DNA of 64,000 nucleotides, from the NCBI GenBank assembly GCA_020773975.1, contig GCA_020773975.1_3638.1, one strand, 5' to 3'. Shown piece by piece: positions 20,645-30,267 of this stretch. The position numbers were made by a program, and so were the translations under genes. This stretch comes from a phage. The notes under the pieces are model-generated. The model had not been told where the DNA came from and made no database searches. It saw only the letters and a list, made by a program, of their open reading frames with translations. Within the stretch, counting starts at the first letter, position 1, and each line of letters opens with the position of its first letter.

Positions 20645-22657
20645 TTACTCACCTTTTTCTCCTTTGCTGTCAATAAATTTACGATACTCTAGCATCTCTG
20701 GAGTATTGAAATGCCTAATATTAATGTATTTTAACAATGGGTAACGATCTTTCTTAATCTGTAGTAGCTTTTTCCCAATTCTCTTCTTGGCCTCTATCAT
20801 CCTTAATGCTTTCTCACGACTATCTTCGTAGCCAGGAACTGACCAATAACTGGGTATGTTTACCTTCATCTCCCATTTTGGGAAACTAGCTACCATCACA
20901 CCAAAATAGCTAAGCTCTTTAACAATGTTATGATACTCATGATCTTTCCCCACTTCTTGATATAAATGATATTCAAGAAGGTTAGTTTTTGCAAGAGCAT
21001 GAATATCCTCCTCAGTTATAACCCGTGCCTCATCTGGCAGCCAACTTGATCTGTTTAAAGGCACAATATATAACTTACCAGCTACACCAAGATTCTTAAG
21101 AAATGTTGGTGGTTGCTTTCTCCAAGATGTTCTAAGATTTGTTCTAAGATTGGAAACGTATCCTAACGGGCATAATCCTTTCACCTGCCCACCCCAGTAG
21201 ACCATAGCCGCCTCAATATCTTCAAACTGAGCACGGGAAATGCGGGTTACATCTACGGAGCCATCTTGGTTGATTATCCAAACTTTATGACCCGGTTCGT
21301 AATAACCATAGCCACCATACTTTTTATCTGCTTTTTGCACTGGTCGTTTTTCAAGTTCAGATAACTTGAAAATCATCCCTTCAAAGAATTTATCACTGTA
21401 TAAGGACAGAGCGTAATCAGCATCGGTTATAAATGATCTCTTACCAAACTTCTCTGCGAGCCAGTTACATTTAGAGCGCACATACTTGTGATCATCATTG
21501 TAAACCAGTGGATGACCATTCATCAACTCTGCGTATGAATATCTCTCATCCTTACCACGGCGTGATCCTTCGCCACCATATGTTTCACAGTAATCTATGT
21601 AAGAACCATCAGTATAATTCTTGAACTTATTTGCAATAAAAGCAGCACCGTACTTTGTAGCGAAGTACCCGCCAATAAACTTCATATGATCAAGAACTGC
21701 TTTTAACGTTGGCAGATCGCTTAATTCTTTTGTGATTTCTTCTCCGCGAAGTCGGATAGCTTTCGTCACAAAACTTTCAAGTTTATCACGAAATCCCCCG
21801 TCATTCTTTCCTTCTACTGTCCACTCCCTGCCAGGATCTACATTACAATCCCCAATAGGGATAGATACCGTCATCATAGGCAGTTCTTTGCGAGTAGAGA
21901 GATAATCAGAGAGATATGGTTGTTGCCCCATGATGACAACACTATCAGCGTTTCTTGAAATGCTACTATACATCTCAAGAACCCAGCCAGTCTCCTCATC
22001 CTCATACCGATACTGAACAGGATAAGTGCGATCTTCAATCTGAGTTTTAACAAAAGGATCGTTAATAATATATGGGAATTTGGCATAACGAAGGCATTTT
22101 ACAATAGCCTGTCGATAAGCTCCTGTTTCCCAAGTGTTTACGTTAAATTTAACCTCTACACCATTCTCCTCTGTTGTTTCACAACAGAATAAAGGTACAA
22201 CCTCTGGTATTCCGCTGTTTTTGTGAACAGAGTATGTTGTTTTCACTCCATCTTTAACAGAAACAACTGTGAACATATCTGTTACTGCAAGAGGCGCTTT
22301 TGACCCAATACCTTTCGCGCCAATCAGATCATTACTGTTTCTTTTTGTGGACTTACCAATCATCATGAATGTACGTGTTACCATCTCATGATCCATACCT
22401 AACCCTGTATCCTTAACAGAATACCAAGGTTCCAAGTCTGTTGGTGAGTGGATGATGATGGGTTTATCAGAACACCCTGCCTCTGTATGAGCATCTACAG
22501 CGTTGAAGAGAGGCTCTCGTACTGCTGCCAAAGGTTTATCTTTATAAATTCCATCGATAAGAATACTGAAAGTCTCAGGATTCATTGCAATTGATGCTTG
22601 GTATCTTTCTACGTTCCCAGTTACCTGAACTTTGTTGTCAGATCTTTGAATAATCAT
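20645..22657 (-). CDS. rIIA: rIIA-like protein with N-terminal GHKL ATPase fold
   Basis: Bergerat-fold motifs FNAVDAH, VKDTGLGMD, IGAKGIGSKA in the N-terminal 130 aa; 670 aa; followed by rIIB-like gene. Confidence 0.7.
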   Translation of the reverse strand: MIIQRSDNKVQVTGNVERYQASIAMNPETFSILIDGIYKDKPLAAVREPLFNAVDAHTEAGCSDKPIIIHSPTDLEPWYSVKDTGLGMDHEMVTRTFMMIGKSTKRNSNDLIGAKGIGSKAPLAVTDMFTVVSVKDGVKTTYSVHKNSGIPEVVPLFCCETTEENGVEVKFNVNTWETGAYRQAIVKCLRYAKFPYIINDPFVKTQIEDRTYPVQYRYEDEETGWVLEMYSSISRNADSVVIMGQQPYLSDYLSTRKELPMMTVSIPIGDCNVDPGREWTVEGKNDGGFRDKLESFVTKAIRLRGEEITKELSDLPTLKAVLDHMKFIGGYFATKYGAAFIANKFKNYTDGSYIDYCETYGGEGSRRGKDERYSYAELMNGHPLVYNDDHKYVRSKCNWLAEKFGKRSFITDADYALSLYSDKFFEGMIFKLSELEKRPVQKADKKYGGYGYYEPGHKVWIINQDGSVDVTRISRAQFEDIEAAMVYWGGQVKGLCPLGYVSNLRTNLRTSWRKQPPTFLKNLGVAGKLYIVPLNRSSWLPDEARVITEEDIHALAKTNLLEYHLYQEVGKDHEYHNIVKELSYFGVMVASFPKWEMKVNIPSYWSVPGYEDSREKALRMIEAKKRIGKKLLQIKKDRYPLLKYINIRHFNTPEMLEYRKFIDSKGEKGE

Positions 22658-22677
22658 TCAATACCTCTATGAACTAA

Positions 22678-23223
22678 TTATGCGTCAGGATGCTTGTAAA
22701 AAATATGATTCCCAACCTTCACTGTTTTCACCATGACTTTTGCCCAAGATGGCCTAACAGTAGTTGCATGATAGTACGTTGCTGATTTTGTGTAGTCAAG
22801 AGCCTTGTATAAACTTTTGTGGTCTTTATGCAATCTCATCAAGATTTTAGCATAAAATTTAGCTCTTAACCACCTATCCTTTTCATAGACTTTAAAGGAT
22901 TGCCCACCGAATGTCCAAGAGAATTGCCCCGGCTGGTAAACTACTTTCTTGATAGTATGCGGGAAATTCTTGTCATCTTTTCTATTCAATGTGACAAAAG
23001 CGACACCCATCATTCCATAATCACCTTCTCCTCTTCCCTCTTTATACAAGTTACAGGCAAGAATATTAAGCTCTGTATCATTCTTCTTGCAAATGTGAAG
23101 AACTTGGGGCTTCTTTGCACTTTCTTTGGCTAGAACAGGGGTAATAGACAGAGAAAGTGCACAGCAAACTGCAAATAATAAAGATCTTATTTTCAAAACT
23201 AACTCCAGACAAATAAGCCCCAT
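22678..23223 (-). CDS. secreted cell-wall hydrolase (SleB/CwlJ-like)
   Basis: Signal peptide-like N-terminus (SLLFAVCCALSLSITPVLA) from the first ATG at 23223; motif NLYKEGRGEGDYGMMGVAFVTLNRK as in SleB-family hydrolases. Confidence 0.6.
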   Translation of the reverse strand: MGLICLELVLKIRSLLFAVCCALSLSITPVLAKESAKKPQVLHICKKNDTELNILACNLYKEGRGEGDYGMMGVAFVTLNRKDDKNFPHTIKKVVYQPGQFSWTFGGQSFKVYEKDRWLRAKFYAKILMRLHKDHKSLYKALDYTKSATYYHATTVRPSWAKVMVKTVKVGNHIFYKHPDA

Positions 23224-23237
23224 AAAGGGGCTTTCTG

Positions 23238-23579
23238 TTAACGATGGGTAATATCTCCAGATACTGTGTTTACACTTCCATGGATTGTATTTGCGCAAAC
23301 ATCGCCAGACACCGAAGACACATTGCCTAAGATATCTTTTTCAACATTAATATCCCCAGATGTTGAGATCACACCATTAGAGACATTTCCATAGACATTG
23401 ATACCACCTGATGTTGTACGTACCTCTTTAGCATCACCTTTGATAATAACTGTGATGTTTTTATCGTTTGTGGTATGAACTAAATCACCATTGATATAGA
23501 CATTATCACCCTTAGTGGTGATAGAGATACTACCATTGGTATAGTTTCCAGAAATTGTATTACCATTAATCGTAATCAT
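23238..23579 (-). CDS. beta-helical repeat protein, bactofilin-like (tentative)
   Basis: From ATG 23579: repeated G-N/D-V/I units (ITINGNTISGN...INGDLV...GINVYGNVSNGVISTSGDINV...GNVSSVSGDV...GSVNTVSGDI). Confidence 0.35.
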   Translation of the reverse strand: MITINGNTISGNYTNGSISITTKGDNVYINGDLVHTTNDKNITVIIKGDAKEVRTTSGGINVYGNVSNGVISTSGDINVEKDILGNVSSVSGDVCANTIHGSVNTVSGDITHR

Positions 23580-23754
23580 TGTTTTGTTTCTCTTTAACAA
23601 TAGGTGCTTTCTGAACAGAGTATACAAATGTTTTATTGTCTTCAATAAACTTTCTGCCCTGTTCTTCATCTTCAAAAATAATTGTGTCACACTTTGCCTT
23701 TAACATACCACGTTCTACAGTTGTGTGTGTCGTAGAAACAATTAAAGCCATCAA
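23566..23754 (-). CDS. hypothetical protein
   Basis: 62 aa, translationally coupled to neighbours. Confidence 0.35.
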   Translation of the reverse strand: MMALIVSTTHTTVERGMLKAKCDTIIFEDEEQGRKFIEDNKTFVYSVQKAPIVKEKQNNDYD

Positions 23755-24785
23755 GACACCTCGTTAAGTTGTTCCATGTACCAACTACGGGCTTTATTTG
23801 TTGTAAATTTTGCCACGTCTTTCATAGAAAGAGAATTGGCTTCTAACACATCTGCTTCTTCTTTGTTGATATCGCGGTTAACCCATGCGATAAATGCCCC
23901 CAGAGATGCGATGTCCAATCCAATTTCTTGCAACCCTTGTCGTAAACGGTTCTCAGTAACTGCATACTCCACAAAATCTTTGATAGATTGCAGTTTCACA
24001 GGATCAACAGCAGCCAGGGTTTTCACTTTAGAAACAGAATGTTTTTGCCCTTTCACTTTAAACCAAAGTGCAGAAACATGTGCCAAGTGGCGATCTTTAG
24101 GTGTCCATACCACACCCTCACCAACACCAGATACGCCAAAATATTTACCTACTGGACACTCTTTTTCCACACCTTCGGTAATCTGTGCAATTTCTGATTG
24201 CACTGTCTCTGGCATGTTAAAAGGAATATCCAGTTCCCACTTACCAAAAGTTAAAATATTATAAATACGTTGTTCTGGTAATCCAATGCCAAGAATATCG
24301 TTTAAAGCTAACCATTTCCGATGGTCATTCTCTTTTCCTACTGCCACACGGAAAATAGTAAAGAAAGGCATGATTTCAGATACCGCAACACCTTTCTGGA
24401 TACCTTTCCCTGCAAATTCCCCAGCGATTTCTACTGGGAACTTAAATTCAATACCACGATCTTCGCAGATCTGTTTGACTTGCTCCAACAGGCCTTTAGG
24501 GTCTTTTTCAACCATAAAGGCCATAAACCCATAATTATCTTCTTCCAGAGACAAAACGCGTTCTTTGGACTGGTATACAACCTCATTTTCAGAATTAAAG
24601 ACTACACGGCAATTAGTCCCGTGAATTTTAACTGTTCCTACATAAGGAATGAGATATTGGTCTGGAGAGGCAACCTTACGCTTTATATTGCCATTCTCAT
24701 CACGACCATCATAAGTCAGACGGTCATTAACCGCTCGGATAACATTGCGAAATTGACTAGTGCTTGGGTACTTAGTTGCTTGCAT
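23751..24785 (-). CDS. RNA ligase 2 family (T4 Rnl2-like)
   Basis: Nucleotidyltransferase lysine motif VKIHGTN (KxHGxN) near the N-terminus; 344 aa, same size class as T4 Rnl2. Confidence 0.7.
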   Translation of the reverse strand: MQATKYPSTSQFRNVIRAVNDRLTYDGRDENGNIKRKVASPDQYLIPYVGTVKIHGTNCRVVFNSENEVVYQSKERVLSLEEDNYGFMAFMVEKDPKGLLEQVKQICEDRGIEFKFPVEIAGEFAGKGIQKGVAVSEIMPFFTIFRVAVGKENDHRKWLALNDILGIGLPEQRIYNILTFGKWELDIPFNMPETVQSEIAQITEGVEKECPVGKYFGVSGVGEGVVWTPKDRHLAHVSALWFKVKGQKHSVSKVKTLAAVDPVKLQSIKDFVEYAVTENRLRQGLQEIGLDIASLGAFIAWVNRDINKEEADVLEANSLSMKDVAKFTTNKARSWYMEQLNEVS

Positions 24786-25158
24786 TACTATCTTCCTTAT
24801 TAATAAAAGTCACACCAAGAGTTGCCTGGGCAAGAAGTTTCGTGATCTCCTGGCTCCATACAGGACTGGAGATAAAATGTTGTAATTGGAGGCTACCTAA
24901 GCGATAGGCGCTGTTCATCGTAATAGCATAGATCTCCCCATCGTGCATAATCAGACTTTCGACAACAGAAGTCCTGATATTAGAACCACTAAATCCACGC
25001 TTTTTGAGGTCATCTGCTAAGTATCCGCAGATACAACGCACATCTTTTGTATCACCAAAACCGAAATAGGGTTCAGCACCAAACAGGATACCAGCGTATC
25101 TCTTCCCACAGACATAAGTATCTTTAGATACGCCTGTTACAGATTTACTTTCCATCAT
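24772..25158 (-). CDS. hypothetical protein
   Basis: ORF-track ORF in co-directional array. Confidence 0.5.
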   Translation of the reverse strand: MMESKSVTGVSKDTYVCGKRYAGILFGAEPYFGFGDTKDVRCICGYLADDLKKRGFSGSNIRTSVVESLIMHDGEIYAITMNSAYRLGSLQLQHFISSPVWSQEITKLLAQATLGVTFINKEDSNASN

Positions 25159-25340
25159 TGTCCCTCCACATCGTCAATATCTTCCATACCATCTTGCCAC
25201 AGAACTTCATAGCAAGCGTCATAAATTGCGCTCATAGCATCTTTACGATCTAACACATCTACAATTTTTGGATCAATACTTTTAATTGCTTCCGCAATTT
25301 TATCGTAAGCAATATCAGGATGCATGTTCTCTTTTGCCAT
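25155..25340 (-). CDS. hypothetical protein
   Basis: 61 aa acidic ORF. Confidence 0.4.
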   Translation of the reverse strand: MAKENMHPDIAYDKIAEAIKSIDPKIVDVLDRKDAMSAIYDACYEVLWQDGMEDIDDVEGQ

Positions 25341-25836
25341 CTGGGATCTCCTCTTCGTTTAAGACATAAATTGTCACATCACAATCATGGAGAACAGATT
25401 CTATCATAGTTTCTATGATTTTCCAATCCCCACCTGCTAGTCCAGCACCTATTTTTGGCAGCCCGATCTTATAATCAGACATAAAGCCATCTGTGTGCCT
25501 TTGCAAACAATCTCGCATTGCTGCTAAAGAATCGTAAAGGGCGTTATAATTCAGATCCCTCACACCCATTCTACGCCCATTATATCCGTATTGTGTGTAC
25601 AGATTAAAACCCGCCAGCTTACCTTCGTTCATGACAGCCCAAGTATAACTGCCCAGTTTTGTTCGATCACCTTTCTCTGTCTTTAAATCTTCAGCATACA
25701 TTTTTGGGAATGTATTCTTTATTTCTTTAGCAATTCCAGACCCCATGGTGCAAAATGTATTACAACCATGAGCTATCACATTAACATCCCTTTTAAGTGC
25801 TGCCTCTATTAAGCAACCAACTTTATACTTAAGCAT
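25315..25836 (-). CDS. macro-domain protein (ADP-ribose binding / ADP-ribosyl hydrolase-like)
   Basis: DVNVIAHGCNTFCTMGSGIA (cf. IVNAAN...GGGV) and GLPKIGAGLAGGDW (cf. P.IGTG.GG); start taken at the ATG at 25836 so that it abuts the upstream stop. Confidence 0.65.
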   Translation of the reverse strand: MLKYKVGCLIEAALKRDVNVIAHGCNTFCTMGSGIAKEIKNTFPKMYAEDLKTEKGDRTKLGSYTWAVMNEGKLAGFNLYTQYGYNGRRMGVRDLNYNALYDSLAAMRDCLQRHTDGFMSDYKIGLPKIGAGLAGGDWKIIETMIESVLHDCDVTIYVLNEEEIPDGKREHAS

Positions 25837-26011
25837 TGTCTGATACCTCTTCGCATTCGTATGGATAGATATCCAGTCTTTTCCCATTCCATTCGCAAGA
25901 GTAACACTCAAGAAAACTACCATTAAATATTTCTTCTCTTACTTCAAGAATATCTCCTGTTTTTGGATATCCATCAACATCCGAAAAATCAGAAATCATT
26001 TTAACCTTCAT
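25829..26011 (-). CDS. hypothetical protein
   Basis: 60 aa; part of a chain of translationally coupled small ORFs. Confidence 0.4.
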   Translation of the reverse strand: MKVKMISDFSDVDGYPKTGDILEVREEIFNGSFLECYSCEWNGKRLDIYPYECEEVSDNA

Positions 26012-26183
26012 TCACAACTCCTTTCAAGGAAGGCATTCATACTTTCCAATGCCTCGCTTTTATTTTTAGCACAAACAACAAACACACGCTTATTTTTATA
26101 GGTGTATCCTGCCATGACCATATCGGATCTTTCAACCCACCATTTCTCATGTAGCTGGTCTTTCTTAAATTTATGTTTTGCCA

Positions 26184-26600
26184 TCAACGATTATACCATA
26201 CCACATGTGTGGCCCAGTCTGGCTTTTTATCCCATACTGAAACGTCAGATTCATAGCTATCGTTAGGACACCAGTATCCATTCCCATCTTCAGGGCTAAA
26301 AATCGCCGCTTGGACACCGAAATTCCAATCATCAAGATCCATCACCTTAGCTCCAGCGGTCTTAAAATTAGCATCTGTTTTAAAATGCTCTTTCAGAAGA
26401 TTACTGACAGATGGTATAGGCATATAAGCAATGACAGGTTCACAATCAAAGTAGAAAGACCCATTGATGACATGAGCAATACAGTTATTGCCTTGATAGG
26501 ATTCACAAATGCCAATCTCACCATCTGCCAAGACTACAAGCCATCTACCAACATCAAGATCTTTAACACCATTTGGTGTTTTTATCCACATATCATTCAT
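26184..26600 (-). CDS. hypothetical protein
   Basis: ORF-track ORF in co-directional array. Confidence 0.5.
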   Translation of the reverse strand: MNDMWIKTPNGVKDLDVGRWLVVLADGEIGICESYQGNNCIAHVINGSFYFDCEPVIAYMPIPSVSNLLKEHFKTDANFKTAGAKVMDLDDWNFGVQAAIFSPEDGNGYWCPNDSYESDVSVWDKKPDWATHVVWYNR

Positions 26601-26640
26601 TCAGGTATTCCTGGGAAAAGCAGCCATTAGGCTGCTGTTA

Positions 26641-27849
26641 TTAATTTAAAATTGCATCTACATCTTTTGCAAAGTTCTTGTGATATTCAGTAATAATCTG
26701 CATGACAACAGGATACTTCTTAAGTAACTTCGCTGGCAGTCTGTCACGAAGGCCATCTAACAAAATACCCTTCCCTGTAGAACTGTCATTAATAAACATC
26801 ATGAAGACAGATGATACAAAATCACGGTTGGAATGAGCATCATCTTTACCAAAGTTATCATACAGATATTGCAAGAAATTGGCTGAGAAGTCAATAATCT
26901 GATCATCTGTGTAGTTGGTATTCTTCATAGCCTTACGTAGCCAGATGCAACCTTGTGATCCTAGCGTCCACAATACATCAGAGCTATCAGAGCCAGTGTG
27001 TTCCTTAATTGAACCATCCATTACTTTCTCAATGGGGACCATATCAGCAACGCGAGTATGGTAATACCATAACTCTTTCATTAACGGCCCACCAATACAC
27101 CCTTGCAAAGCAGCCATTGCAAGACGGGAAGTAAGATCACCATCCTCATACGCATACAGAATATCACTTGCAGTAACCCAAGTTCGTGGTGTGGCATATG
27201 CAGGACTGTTAATCTCATACATGGCCTCGAAGTTTTCCAGTTTATCGGGATTGGCCTGGATAAAACCAATTACTGATGGATGCACATTTTTACGCAACGC
27301 ATAATCCTGCATCCACACAGAGGCATCGTAATCAAGTTCCACAACAATAAAACGGTTAGCCAAAGGAGCTTCCATCATGGTCACTGCCGTACCATCACCA
27401 GGACGGTTCCCTGCCGCTGCAAAAACTGCACCTTTTGGAAAGGTGTACTTACCAATTTTATGATCCAAAACAATCTGGAAAGCTACTTTCTGTAAGTAGT
27501 TATCAGCATGTAAAAGTTCGTCAAGGAAAATAATACCTTCCCAATCTGGGTCTTCTGGCCAGAAATCTGGTAGCGCATAGACTGTACGTGTTTTTCCATT
27601 ATCGTCTGTTACAGGAATCTGTACACCTACTACGTCTGTCGGATCTTTATCCGCAAGACGAAAATCAACGAGATTATCATCTCGTTCACCAAACATCTCA
27701 TTGGCAACTTGCTTCATGACTTGACTCTTACCAAGCCCAGCACCACCAAACATCATAAGTGCTTTGTTTGCCTTCTTACAAAATTTCATGAGGCTTGGAA
27801 TATCACGGAGTGTAACACGATGATCTTCAAAAATATTTCTACTAGACAT
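26641..27849 (-). CDS. AAA+ ATPase, MoxR/CbbQ/CobS-like
   Basis: Walker A MMFGGAGLGKSQV, Walker B IIFLDELLHAD; 402 aa. Confidence 0.75.
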   Translation of the reverse strand: MSSRNIFEDHRVTLRDIPSLMKFCKKANKALMMFGGAGLGKSQVMKQVANEMFGERDDNLVDFRLADKDPTDVVGVQIPVTDDNGKTRTVYALPDFWPEDPDWEGIIFLDELLHADNYLQKVAFQIVLDHKIGKYTFPKGAVFAAAGNRPGDGTAVTMMEAPLANRFIVVELDYDASVWMQDYALRKNVHPSVIGFIQANPDKLENFEAMYEINSPAYATPRTWVTASDILYAYEDGDLTSRLAMAALQGCIGGPLMKELWYYHTRVADMVPIEKVMDGSIKEHTGSDSSDVLWTLGSQGCIWLRKAMKNTNYTDDQIIDFSANFLQYLYDNFGKDDAHSNRDFVSSVFMMFINDSSTGKGILLDGLRDRLPAKLLKKYPVVMQIITEYHKNFAKDVDAILN

Positions 27850-28084
27850 TCGTCTCGTTCCTTAAATCGTTCTTCTGCTCAAGATAACTTTCAATGATAC
27901 TGTCTATATCTGCTGATTCAATATCAGCATACAGATTCATAATGCTTGATGCAAGGTCTTTGGCAGAAAAATTGTCTACTCTTTCTGCACCAAAAACTAA
28001 AAACCATTGTCGTCGTGTCATCCTCGCTCTAACAACGGTTTTTAAATACTCCGCTCTCTCTGAAAAATCAAGAGGTTTTACCAC
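27842..28084 (-). CDS. hypothetical protein
   Basis: ORF-track ORF in co-directional array. Confidence 0.45.
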   Translation of the reverse strand: MVKPLDFSERAEYLKTVVRARMTRRQWFLVFGAERVDNFSAKDLASSIMNLYADIESADIDSIIESYLEQKNDLRNETNV

Positions 28085-28434
28085 TTATCCACCCAAACTC
28101 TGTTCTCATCACACCAGTCGTAGAACTCGTTCAAAGCTAGATTGAACTGCTGTAGAGGACTCACGATAAGGTTGGGGTTATCTTCTTTGCTACAGATTTC
28201 CAAGTATTCTTCATATGTGAGAATATGCTGCATTTCTTCAAGAATATCATACAACCACCCATCGAAGTCAGCATTCTCTTCATCAGTTTGCTTTGGTAAA
28301 AGTCGTTTTACTCTTTTTACAAGCATGTCCACAAACAGGTGAATATTATCATCTGCCCAAGGCTCTACCTTACCTTCTACGGGATTACCTTTCCAGATAT
28401 CACGTAAATCAAGTCGATGTTTCCACTGTGCCAT
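28078..28434 (-). CDS. hypothetical protein
   Basis: ORF-track ORF in co-directional array. Confidence 0.5.
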   Translation of the reverse strand: MAQWKHRLDLRDIWKGNPVEGKVEPWADDNIHLFVDMLVKRVKRLLPKQTDEENADFDGWLYDILEEMQHILTYEEYLEICSKEDNPNLIVSPLQQFNLALNEFYDWCDENRVWVDKW

Positions 28435-28435
28435 T

Positions 28436-28630
28436 TTATAACTCCTTAACAGATTCTAAATCAAGATATTCATCACCACCCACTCGTTTACCGTCTTTCT
28501 TACGGTATTTTGCCTTGCTTTCAAATGCTACCCAATAAGCACCTTCATCTTTTAACTTGTCTTCCCATACCCAACCGAACTGCTTTTTCCTAATGGTTCC
28601 TTTGTGGGTATATTGTTGTTTACAATACAT
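28436..28630 (-). CDS. hypothetical protein
   Basis: ORF-track ORF in co-directional array. Confidence 0.4.
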   Translation of the reverse strand: MYCKQQYTHKGTIRKKQFGWVWEDKLKDEGAYWVAFESKAKYRKKDGKRVGGDEYLDLESVKEL

Positions 28631-28631
28631 C

Positions 28632-28847
28632 CTAATCCTCCCATTTTATCCATAAAGGGTATTCTGCAACATGCACTTTCTTACCCTTTTTGTTAATAAA
28701 AGTATACTCAACAAACTTTGCTATGTAAAACCTATTGTAATCCTCTGTACCTTTAACAGGACAGTCTGTTTTCCTTCTCTCCACCCATTCTCTGTGGATC
28801 ACCGCTTTGTTCTTTGGATCAAATGGATGTGGTTGATAAACATTCAT
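28632..28847 (-). CDS. hypothetical protein
   Basis: ORF-track ORF in co-directional array. Confidence 0.4.
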   Translation of the reverse strand: MNVYQPHPFDPKNKAVIHREWVERRKTDCPVKGTEDYNRFYIAKFVEYTFINKKGKKVHVAEYPLWIKWED

Positions 28848-29344
28848 TATTTCCCCTCGAATCTTTTTCTTGCATCAGCAAGTTTAAGATGCATTTCATG
28901 GTATTTCTTTAACCTTGCCAAATCCTTATCAGATAAGGATTTAAGACGTTTTACGTCCATATTGTCTTTTAAATCAGCGAGTTTTACACGAATCGCATCA
29001 TAATTAGTACAGATGCCCTCAATGTACTCTTCTTCAGTCAGGCTCTGTTTCTTTGTTAGCAGAAGAACTGCATCTTTTACTCTGTTAGTGAACCCTAACA
29101 TTACCAAATCGTAAGCTGTAACTTTAGTATCCTCAAGGATATCGTGAAGGACACCGATTGCCATTAGCTGTAAGTCATCATTACCAAGTTCATGCATCAC
29201 CCTTAATGGGTGAAGAATGTATGGCATTCCACCACGATCTTTCTGCTTAAGATGGTTTTCAGAGGCCAACTTTACAGCTAAAGCCAACTCCTGATGGGGT
29301 CTTAAATCTTGCATATTACTGGGGACAGACTTCGATTGTACCAT
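28847..29344 (-). CDS. HD-domain (p)ppGpp hydrolase-like protein (small alarmone hydrolase, SpoT/MESH1-type)
   Basis: GGMPYILHPLRV ... AIGVLHDILEDT, matching the RelA/SpoT hydrolase HD motif (H.L.VA ... LLHD..EDT); 165 aa. Confidence 0.65.
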   Translation of the reverse strand: MVQSKSVPSNMQDLRPHQELALAVKLASENHLKQKDRGGMPYILHPLRVMHELGNDDLQLMAIGVLHDILEDTKVTAYDLVMLGFTNRVKDAVLLLTKKQSLTEEEYIEGICTNYDAIRVKLADLKDNMDVKRLKSLSDKDLARLKKYHEMHLKLADARKRFEGK

Positions 29345-30162
29345 TTATATGTCTCTTCCATGTTAAAGGGTTTTATACCGATATTATCAAAATCTACAAG
29401 AGAATCAAGAAAAAATTCTCCTTTGTACCCAGCCATTTCTATCATTGAGCGTTCCTCTTGGGTAGGGATCTCCCCCAAGATAAGCTCTTTTAGCTCCTTT
29501 TCTACAACACGATGGTACATTACTTCTTGGGTATTACACACCAAGTAGTAGTGCGATTTCTTATTCTCTACGTTTGGCGTGTTGGCTATCTTAATTGCAG
29601 CATGACCTACATAATCATACATCTTTGTTTGGTAAAACATTCCATAACAACCCGCCAGAGAAAAGGATCCAAAACTGGAGTTAATCTCCCTGATGTGGAG
29701 AATATCTGGGTTTGTTCTGACATAGGAAGCCTTTATGGAAAACATATTACCATCCCAATGCCCCAATTGGGACAAAACAGACAGGAATTTTTGTGTTCGT
29801 GCAGACAACGATCCTGCTAAACACATTCCATAATTAAAGCCTTGGAAAGAAATTGTTATTTGCCCACAAGTAATATCATAGCTTGAAAACTCATGCGTTA
29901 AGTTTACGCTTGCCATGTAAGCACGCTCGTCAGCTTCAACATAATATTTCCAGTAACATTTCCTATCCCGAGTATCAAAACACATAAGCACAGCATGTTT
30001 TATGAGTTCTATTAAAGGGTTTGGTTCATGGTGGCGACTTTCAACTTCCCTTATAATGGCTTCACGGAATACATTAAAATCTATTTTCATAGATTTTGTG
30101 TGATACAGGTAGGCATCAAAGTAAGAAGAAATGTTTTCGTCAGGTATCTTTGTCATGGTCAA
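29302..30162 (-). CDS. hypothetical protein
   Basis: 286 aa; first gene of the minus-strand block next to the divergent region. Confidence 0.5.
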   Translation of the reverse strand: MTMTKIPDENISSYFDAYLYHTKSMKIDFNVFREAIIREVESRHHEPNPLIELIKHAVLMCFDTRDRKCYWKYYVEADERAYMASVNLTHEFSSYDITCGQITISFQGFNYGMCLAGSLSARTQKFLSVLSQLGHWDGNMFSIKASYVRTNPDILHIREINSSFGSFSLAGCYGMFYQTKMYDYVGHAAIKIANTPNVENKKSHYYLVCNTQEVMYHRVVEKELKELILGEIPTQEERSMIEMAGYKGEFFLDSLVDFDNIGIKPFNMEETYKWYNRSLSPVICKI

Positions 30163-30267
30163 ACTCCAAAAATATTTTCATTGGTTATGAGGAATGTACA
30201 GAACTAAAAAATCAAAGTCAACGCTTGACAAACTGGAAATTTGTGAGATACTACGAACACAAGTTAA
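30163..30267. promoter_or_regulatory. divergent promoter region between the minus- and plus-strand blocks
   Basis: TTGACA at 30225-30230 followed at 15-17 nt by GATACT/TACTAC; AT-rich. Confidence 0.35.
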
